DNA of 64,000 nucleotides, taken from Escherichia coli O157 typing phage 15. The stretch lies in the sequence record KP869113. One strand, given 5' to 3'. Shown piece after piece: positions 57,343 through 64,000 of this stretch (positions are counted from its first letter, which is position 1; each line of letters starts with the position of its first letter). Under the pieces are notes generated by a model. The model was given only the letters and a program-made list of their open reading frames with translations. It made no database searches and was not told the DNA's origin. The translations under genes and the position numbers were made by a program.

Positions 57343-57489
57343 ATGTTCAGTACAGTCATTCTGTTTATACTGGTTGTCTTTGTATTGTCATACATTGCAA
57401 GTAAGCTTTTGGACACATCTTTTGCAATGGGTGTTTTGTTCACAATATTCTGTTTTGTAACACATATAGCTATCAGGACTTTTATATAA
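57343..57489 (+). CDS. small hydrophobic protein
   Basis: 48-aa ORF MFSTVILFILVVFVLSYIAS..., below ORF-track length cutoff. Confidence 0.3.
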   Translation: MFSTVILFILVVFVLSYIASKLLDTSFAMGVLFTIFCFVTHIAIRTFI

Positions 57490-57518
57490 AAAGTTGTTGA
57501 CATAGAAAATTTGGTGAG

Positions 57519-57595
57519 TATACTGAGCAGCATAAACCAACGGGTACTCACCAGCATCACTTAAGAGTCTTCTAAGAGGGTTTTTAAGTGATGTG
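57519..57595. repeat. composite repeat head (aagagtcttctaagagggtttttaagtgatgtg), duplicated at 60894-60970
   Basis: exact 77-bp duplicate at a contig end. Confidence 0.7.
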
Positions 57596-57801
57596 NNNNN
57601 NNNNNNNNNNNNNNNNNNNNNNNNNNNNNNNNNNNNNNNNNNNNNNNNNNNNNNNNNNNNNNNNNNNNNNNNNNNNNNNNNNNNNNNNNNNNNNNNNNNN
57701 NNNNNNNNNNNNNNNNNNNNNNNNNNNNNNNNNNNNNNNNNNNNNNNNNNNNNNNNNNNNNNNNNNNNNNNNNNNNNNNNNNNNNNNNNNNNNNNNNNNN
57801 N
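57596..57801. other. assembly gap (206 N)
   Basis: run of n; flanks duplicated at 60894 and 62482. Confidence 0.99.
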
Positions 57802-57935
57802 GTCTTTGAAAAGGGTTTTTAAGTGAGGTTTGGCTCAGTATGGTTATGTGTGGTGATGTGTGGTTCTGTAAGGTCATGTTTGGTATGGAAGGATGGCAGT
57901 AGCCTTATAAAAAATCTGCCAAATAAGCTATAAAA
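57802..57935. repeat. composite repeat unit: conserved head plus GGT-periodic tract
   Basis: aagagtctttgaaaagggtttttaagtgaggtttggctcagtatggttatgtgtggtgatgtgtggttctgtaaggtcatgtttggtatggaaggatgg. Confidence 0.6.
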
Positions 57936-57939
57936 TCTG

Positions 57940-57975
57940 TTGACAAGTCAGGTGTTATAGCTTATTTTTATACTC
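57940..57975 (+). promoter_or_regulatory. sigma70-like promoter (TTGACA-17 nt-TATTTT) upstream of secreted protein gene
   Basis: ttgacaagtcaggtgttatagcttatttttatact. Confidence 0.4.
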
Positions 57976-58012
57976 AACGTAATACAAAATTTAATATAAC
58001 TTTGAGGTCATT

Positions 58013-58396
58013 ATGAAAAAGATTTTATTAGCTGCTGCAATGATTATGGCAATGAATTTACCAGTCAATGCAACAGAACTGCCAAATGTGAACTTATCAG
58101 GTGTCCCAGAGGATACTTGTCAGATTGTAAAAGGTGTTGCTCTAGCTAATGGTGAGCTACTAAAACCAATTTCTGAAGAGTCTTTGACAGAGATGACTGA
58201 TAAGGTGACTGACTATCAATATCGCGTTCTTGCAGAGTATTTCCTGCAATCTGCAAATATTAAAGAGAAGCACCATGATGATATTGATGTACAGGCGATG
58301 CTCAACCACCGTATCCAGTTTAAAGAAGATTTGATGCAAAAAGCTATGTATGGTGTTGAGTATTTCTTAGAAAACAGAAGCTGCACAGGTATTTGA
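58013..58396 (+). CDS. secreted hypothetical protein (signal peptide)
   Basis: MKKILLAAAMIMAMNLPVNA signal-peptide-like N-terminus. Confidence 0.5.
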   Translation: MKKILLAAAMIMAMNLPVNATELPNVNLSGVPEDTCQIVKGVALANGELLKPISEESLTEMTDKVTDYQYRVLAEYFLQSANIKEKHHDDIDVQAMLNHRIQFKEDLMQKAMYGVEYFLENRSCTGI

Positions 58397-58397
58397 T

Positions 58398-58610
58398 ATG
58401 GCTCTTAAAAAGTTACATCCCAGAAGCGGTTATGGTAAGATAATTGACGATACAGACGGCTTTACAGTCTTTACAGTCATCTGTCAAGATGATTCACAGA
58501 TTGAAAAGGCTCTTGATGATTATCTTAATGATGAACGTGAAAAGGTCAGAGCTACAAACATAGACTCATTAATTGATACTTCACGTAAACGGAAGAAGAA
58601 AGATGAATGA
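58398..58610 (+). CDS. hypothetical protein
   Basis: 70-aa ORF. Confidence 0.4.
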   Translation: MALKKLHPRSGYGKIIDDTDGFTVFTVICQDDSQIEKALDDYLNDEREKVRATNIDSLIDTSRKRKKKDE

Positions 58611-58902
58611 GGTTTTTGACCCTTATGCTCCACAAGATGATTGGGAGGCTGATAGAGAGGCTGAAATGGAGAGTTATATTTGTCCAATGGATGTAGACGA
58701 AATGAGAGACTTCGTTGCACATCGTTTTAAGAGAGAGATTAAATCCAGAGGTCTTTCTCAAGAACAAGTCGCTAAAATTTGTGGTATCTCTCAAGCTCGT
58801 GTATCCAACATAATCCACCTCACTGGGAATGTCTCTCTTGAGTATATGTTGGAAGTGTGTGAAAAATTTGGTGTTAATTTCAATTTAAGGTTGGCAGATT
58901 AA
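58603..58902 (+). CDS. helix-turn-helix protein
   Basis: GLSQEQVAKICGISQARVSNI HTH-like segment. Confidence 0.45.
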   Translation: MNEVFDPYAPQDDWEADREAEMESYICPMDVDEMRDFVAHRFKREIKSRGLSQEQVAKICGISQARVSNIIHLTGNVSLEYMLEVCEKFGVNFNLRLAD

Positions 58903-58903
58903 T

Positions 58904-59263
58904 ATGAAACGTGAAAACATTATCCACTCTGAAAACTTCGCATTAGGCTTTTATGGTGCACCTACTCACCTTGAAAAGTACTACGGTGTAAAAATTCTTT
59001 CCAATCTCATTATGGCTTACAAAGATGGTAAGATTAAGCACACTGAGAAGAAACGTGTCATGGGCTACATGGCTGTAGGTTCAGCAATCTCGAACATTAA
59101 GCTGGAAACCACTAGCAGTCAGATTGTAAAAGACCACTTCATCAAAGAGCTTTACCATAATCTTGACGGTGTAGATGTTCAGGCTGTTTGGTTGGATGTT
59201 GATGGTCACAACTACACGAGTTTTGTTTTCAAAAACGATGACATTAAGTGCTTGTTCCCATAA
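58904..59263 (+). CDS. hypothetical protein
   Basis: 119-aa ORF. Confidence 0.45.
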   Translation: MKRENIIHSENFALGFYGAPTHLEKYYGVKILSNLIMAYKDGKIKHTEKKRVMGYMAVGSAISNIKLETTSSQIVKDHFIKELYHNLDGVDVQAVWLDVDGHNYTSFVFKNDDIKCLFP

Positions 59264-59276
59264 TAGGTGATTAACT

Positions 59277-59644
59277 ATGATTGATGTCTACTTACAAGAT
59301 GCTCATGCAGATTTCCTTAAAGAAATGCTTAAAAAGTTTATGGCTTCACAGTATGAGAATGAAGCATCTTTTAAAATAGTTACATGTGGCGATGAAGCTG
59401 GTTTTGTTGAGATTGAACATGAAGGTACTGGAAAGATTGTTTGTAAACTACCTGACAGTATGTTCTCTAGTGCATTCTTAACAAAGACTAGCATAAATGT
59501 TAAGCTTGTCCCTCAGATTGAAACATACTCTGGTACAGATTACCCTAAAGGTTTCAAGTCACTGATGAAGTACTTCTTAGATGACTTTGTGAGTAATCTT
59601 CTGAGGGAGGTAAAAGAAAGTCGTACAGTGTTAACTGTAGAGAA
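59277..59644 (+). CDS. hypothetical protein, N-terminal part (continues at 62658-62882)
   Basis: last 76 nt before the gap are identical to 62658-62733. Confidence 0.45.
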
Positions 59645-59744
59645 NNNNNNNNNNNNNNNNNNNNNNNNNNNNNNNNNNNNNNNNNNNNNNNNNNNNNNNN
59701 NNNNNNNNNNNNNNNNNNNNNNNNNNNNNNNNNNNNNNNNNNNN
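59645..59744. other. assembly gap (100 N)
   Basis: run of n. Confidence 0.99.
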
Positions 59745-59897
59745 ACAAGTTGGGAATGTCCAGAAAGTATGACGGCAGAAGTGAAAGCAGTTACTGACTG
59801 GTATTATGGACAAGCTTCTAAGAACTTAGGTCTTAAGAAAGAAACACTTGTAACAGGTACTGGTAAGGTTGGTAAAAGCTGGCTTGAAGTACACTAA
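59745..59897 (+). CDS. DNA polymerase C-terminal fragment (continuation of 52222-54845)
   Basis: first 76 nt identical to 54770-54845; reading frame continues to a stop at 59897. Confidence 0.6.
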   Translation, partial: TSWECPESMTAEVKAVTDWYYGQASKNLGLKKETLVTGTGKVGKSWLEVH

Positions 59898-59958
59898 TTA
59901 GTATTGACAAGGTGCTCATGGAAGAGTACCTTATACTGTATCTTGTATAGGAGGTCTC

Positions 59959-60177
59959 ATGACACTTTCAGACGTTATTCAGCAACTTCACGACAACTGC
60001 TATACTCCAGAGTTGATTCAGGAGATGCTTATTGTGGTGATGCCTAGTAAGTTCGTAAAAGGTTTTAATAGTGAATCTTTAAGGTCTGCACATATCCTTA
60101 TTGTTGACGGTAAGATTGCAAGAGACCGTACAGGTGTTCTTAAGGGTGAACGCATTGATATCTTGGAATTGTTATGA
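59959..60177 (+). CDS. hypothetical protein
   Basis: 72-aa ORF. Confidence 0.4.
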   Translation: MTLSDVIQQLHDNCYTPELIQEMLIVVMPSKFVKGFNSESLRSAHILIVDGKIARDRTGVLKGERIDILELL

Positions 60178-60334
60178 ATAGGTTATATAGTCTCTGGGGA
60201 AGGATGGGTAAAGACTCTGATTGGAACCTACTAAAAACAAACGTAAAAAGTAATGAGATAGCGTACTACAAAATTCATTACTACAAAACTTTCAGAGAGC
60301 TTGAGTATCGTGAACAACAGACAGGAGAAGTATT

Positions 60335-60571
60335 ATGTGGAAATCAGTAATTGTGCTTGGTGTTATTTTTCTAGCTGGCTGCAATCCTTCTTATGAAGAT
60401 AAAAATGCTTCTTATAGCCTCCCACCAGAGATGCAAGATTGCAAAGTCTATAAGTTGCATGGTGATGCCATAAGTAGAGACATTGTTGTTGTCAGATGTC
60501 CAAACTCTCAAACGACAACATCTTATAGTTATGGAAAAAATGGTCAATCACACACTACGGTTATTGAGTGA
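60335..60571 (+). CDS. putative lipoprotein
   Basis: signal peptide with lipobox LAGC. Confidence 0.45.
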   Translation: MWKSVIVLGVIFLAGCNPSYEDKNASYSLPPEMQDCKVYKLHGDAISRDIVVVRCPNSQTTTSYSYGKNGQSHTTVIE

Positions 60572-60581
60572 GGTTTTCACG

Positions 60582-60788
60582 ATGGAAGTCCTAGTAAACT
60601 ATATCTATTGTTATGATGTTGTTCACTCCACTACAACCGTAGCTCAACGTAACCCAATCGTCCCACGAGAAGGTGAATTGGTTCGCATTGAGGGTTGGAC
60701 TTACACTGTGGAAAGTATCATTCATAAGTTTGATGTTGCTGGTGATGTTCAAGTTATCGACGTAGAGATTGGTGGTAAGAGAAAATGA
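60582..60788 (+). CDS. hypothetical protein
   Basis: ORF whose last 76 nt are duplicated at 55818-55893. Confidence 0.35.
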   Translation: MEVLVNYIYCYDVVHSTTTVAQRNPIVPREGELVRIEGWTYTVESIIHKFDVAGDVQVIDVEIGGKRK

Positions 60789-60793
60789 AACCT

Positions 60794-60893
60794 NNNNNNN
60801 NNNNNNNNNNNNNNNNNNNNNNNNNNNNNNNNNNNNNNNNNNNNNNNNNNNNNNNNNNNNNNNNNNNNNNNNNNNNNNNNNNNNNNNNNNNNN
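60794..60893. other. assembly gap (100 N)
   Basis: run of n. Confidence 0.99.
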
Positions 60894-60927
60894 TATACTG
60901 AGCAGCATAAACCAACGGGTACTCACC

Positions 60928-61862
<935 letters not shown>

Positions 61863-61864
61863 TT

Positions 61865-62305
61865 ATGAATACAAAAGCATTAGCAGCAAAGTTCAGTTAC
61901 GGTGACACTGTATCACATTCTGAGATGGACACCTTCTTAGGTATTGTGAAGCCAACTTATCAAGGTGACATTGTTAAGTACGAAGATGAAATGAAGGCTT
62001 ATGCACTTACACGACTAAACCGACTTGAGAAGTTTATTGAGAAGCTTCTTAAAGAAGAGAAGATTTATCTTGTTGCTTCAATGGGTGTTGGTTATCGTGT
62101 GGTTGAGCCTAAGCATCAAGCGACTATTGCAAAACGTAAAATGTCTGGTAAGATTGGTCGTGCTTTAAAGCAAGCCACTCAAGCAATTGAGAATGTGAAC
62201 ACTATGGCACTGAGTCATCAAGAACGTTCACGGCTGATTGAACAGCAAAACCACTTAGCTGCTATGAAAGCTAACATTAACAAGCAACGTAGAAAACCTT
62301 TCTAA
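61865..62305 (+). CDS. hypothetical protein
   Basis: 146-aa ORF. Confidence 0.5.
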   Translation: MNTKALAAKFSYGDTVSHSEMDTFLGIVKPTYQGDIVKYEDEMKAYALTRLNRLEKFIEKLLKEEKIYLVASMGVGYRVVEPKHQATIAKRKMSGKIGRALKQATQAIENVNTMALSHQERSRLIEQQNHLAAMKANINKQRRKPF

Positions 62306-62317
62306 GTTGACTATGTA

Positions 62318-62345
62318 GCCTCTTCGGAGGCTCCTTTTTAAAAGG
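62318..62345 (+). terminator. rho-independent terminator
   Basis: gcctc-ttcg-gaggc stem followed by tcctttttaaaa. Confidence 0.55.
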
Positions 62346-62557
62346 TCTTTAAGAGGGTCTTTTAATAAGGCTCGGCAATGTTCGGCATGGTCTGGTATAG
62401 TCCGGTGCTGTTCGGCGTGGTAAGGTGAGGTATGGGTAGTTAATCGGAGCTACATAAAAATTCGATTACATCACTTAAGAGTCTTTGAAAAGGGTTTTTA
62501 AGTGAGGTTTGGCTCAGTATGGTTATGTGTGGTGATGTGTGGTTCTGTAAGGTCATG
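62338..62557. repeat. composite repeat units (head aaaggtctttaagagggtcttttaa plus GGC/GGT-periodic tract; second head aagagtctttgaaaagggtttttaa)
   Basis: ggctcggcaatgttcggcatggtctggtatagtccggtgctgttcggcgtggtaaggtgaggtatggg; last 76 nt duplicated at 57802-57877. Confidence 0.65.
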
Positions 62558-62657
62558 NNNNNNNNNNNNNNNNNNNNNNNNNNNNNNNNNNNNNNNNNNN
62601 NNNNNNNNNNNNNNNNNNNNNNNNNNNNNNNNNNNNNNNNNNNNNNNNNNNNNNNNN
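62558..62657. other. assembly gap (100 N)
   Basis: run of n. Confidence 0.99.
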
Positions 62658-62882
62658 AAGTACTTCTTAGATGACTTTGTGAGTAATCTTCTGAGGGAGG
62701 TAAAAGAAAGTCGTACAGTGTTAACTGTAGAGAACATGGGAGGAACTATAAAGGTTACTTCTGACTGTTTTGTGATGAGCCTCTTCGACTTCGTTCCTAA
62801 GAACTTTGATGGTATTCTGGATGAAGAAGATGACTGTGTAGACTTTATATTGGTTCTTGAACCAGTTTTTGAGGTTAAATAG
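62658..62882 (+). CDS. C-terminal part of the protein begun at 59277
   Basis: first 76 nt identical to 59569-59644; frame continues to a stop at 62882. Confidence 0.4.
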   Translation, partial: KYFLDDFVSNLLREVKESRTVLTVENMGGTIKVTSDCFVMSLFDFVPKNFDGILDEEDDCVDFILVLEPVFEVK

Positions 62883-63143
62883 ATGAAAATTGAACACTGC
62901 TATGAGTCTGATGGAACACCTATCCGATGTCCACATTGTGGGTGTACAGACTTGCAAGGCGAGGTAAGTGAAATAGTCAACGGTCATATCGCTGAAGAGA
63001 GTACAAGGTGTACAGAGTGTAATGAAATCATTGCTTTCTGGGCTTATGGTTCATACCAACCTACACCACACTTAATATACCATAGCAATAAAGCTGTGAA
63101 GAATGTTATCAACTGGTTCATTAAGAAAGGATTTACAAAATGA
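62883..63143 (+). CDS. small zinc-ribbon protein
   Basis: CPHCGC...CTECN cysteine pairs. Confidence 0.45.
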   Translation: MKIEHCYESDGTPIRCPHCGCTDLQGEVSEIVNGHIAEESTRCTECNEIIAFWAYGSYQPTPHLIYHSNKAVKNVINWFIKKGFTK

Positions 63144-63685
63144 TTAAATTAATCTTTGCAAGTGGTGAACATGGGGAGTTCGGTACTCCAACTGGTATGC
63201 CGTGGCCTCGACATAAACAGGATATGCAAGAGTTTAAGAGACTCACTAAAGGCAACTTGGTAGTCATGGGTAATGAAACTTTTAAGACTCTGGGTAGTAA
63301 ACCATTACCAGAACGTACAAACCTCGTCTTAACGAACTCTGTTCCATATTTGGGTATAGACTTTGACAAAGATGATGTAATGTATGCTAAGGCTAGTAAA
63401 GAATCCTTTGGAGCATTTTTGAAGTATCTTGATAGCTCTATTGATGAAGATGTCTTTGTAATTGGTGGTGCAGGTGTTCTTGTCGATGCTTTGCCGTATG
63501 CTGGTGTAGTTTTCCATACAGTTTTCCATAAAGTTACTGAAGAGGCCACTGTGTATTTACCTTTTGAAAACTTCTTCGATAAACTGTATGATAGCCGTGT
63601 GTTTGCAAAGGTGCAGTCAAGACCCTCAGATGATGGTAAAGCAACCTTTGAGATTTATGTTCCACAAGTAAAAGGACACTTTTGA
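63140..63685 (+). CDS. folA: dihydrofolate reductase
   Basis: N-terminal LIFASGEHGEFGTPTGMPWP...LVVMGNETFKTLG...PLPERTNLVLT matches the DHFR signature. Confidence 0.8.
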   Translation: MIKLIFASGEHGEFGTPTGMPWPRHKQDMQEFKRLTKGNLVVMGNETFKTLGSKPLPERTNLVLTNSVPYLGIDFDKDDVMYAKASKESFGAFLKYLDSSIDEDVFVIGGAGVLVDALPYAGVVFHTVFHKVTEEATVYLPFENFFDKLYDSRVFAKVQSRPSDDGKATFEIYVPQVKGHF

Positions 63686-64000
63686 TATGTCACAAGCAGA
63701 TTCAAGTTATAAAAATATCCTGAACCATGTTTTATCAGTCGGTGAACTGCGTACTACACGAACTGGAGATGTTATCTCTGCATTTGCTCCACCTAAGTTT
63801 CGTTTTGATATGCGAACTGGTTTCCCGCTTTTAACATCTAAACAGGTGTTTACACGGCAAGTTATTGGGGAAGCTCTATGGTTCCTGAACGGTGAGAATA
63901 AACTTGGTGAACTCCGTTATCGCACTTGGGGTGAAAATGATGGGGAACGCTGGACTATCTGGTCAGATGATTTTAAACGCTGGTTAAGTTCTAATTATTC
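63686..64000 (+). CDS. thyA: thymidylate synthase (partial, runs off window end)
   Basis: N-terminal RTTRTGDV...FPLLTSKQVFTRQVIGEALWFLNGE matches the ThyA N-terminus. Confidence 0.8.

Noticed and set aside
57584-57877. X-filled ORFs across the 206-N gap, and similar ones across the 100-N gaps (59554..59748, 59631..59813, 60591..60935, 62498..62737)
   Set aside because: Gap artefacts; the 60591..60935 and 59631..59813 translations only repeat duplicated contig ends.

Overview
The window looks like the early / DNA-metabolism region of a large virulent tailed phage (T5-like organisation, host probably Gram-negative), not a bacterial chromosome. It is a scaffolded draft: eight N runs, and six of them are flanked by exact ~76-77 bp duplicates, so contigs can be re-ordered by eye. 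Content: (1) 1-4850, a minus-strand cluster of at least 22 tRNA genes, interspersed with an HNH endonuclease and a family of four conserved hairpin RNAs, one of which carries a tRNA-like T-arm; (2) 5007-6875, a vWA/MIDAS protein and a small basic protein; (3) 7.1-15 kb, a plus-strand module of small overlapping genes, including tandem paralogs fused to Ig-like repeats and a T4-type lysozyme; (4) 15.3-21.3 kb, a minus-strand array of 15 small genes, each behind one of two conserved upstream cassettes; (5) 21.3-21.8 kb, a non-coding iteron-like repeat region; (6) 21.8-51.9 kb, minus-strand genes for a macro-domain protein, a possible spanin pair, a lytic transglycosylase, an rIIA-like ATPase, Nampt plus PRPP synthetase (NAD+ salvage), anaerobic and aerobic ribonucleotide reductases, glutaredoxin, flap endonuclease, an SSB-like protein, primase-helicase and dNMP kinase; (7) 52.2-64 kb, plus-strand family-A DNA polymerase (split by the scaffold), ATP-dependent DNA ligase, GGT-periodic composite repeats, dihydrofolate reductase and the start of thymidylate synthase. 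All calls are from reading the sequence and ORF translations; no database search was run, and tRNA coordinates are hand-folded (about +/-3 nt).
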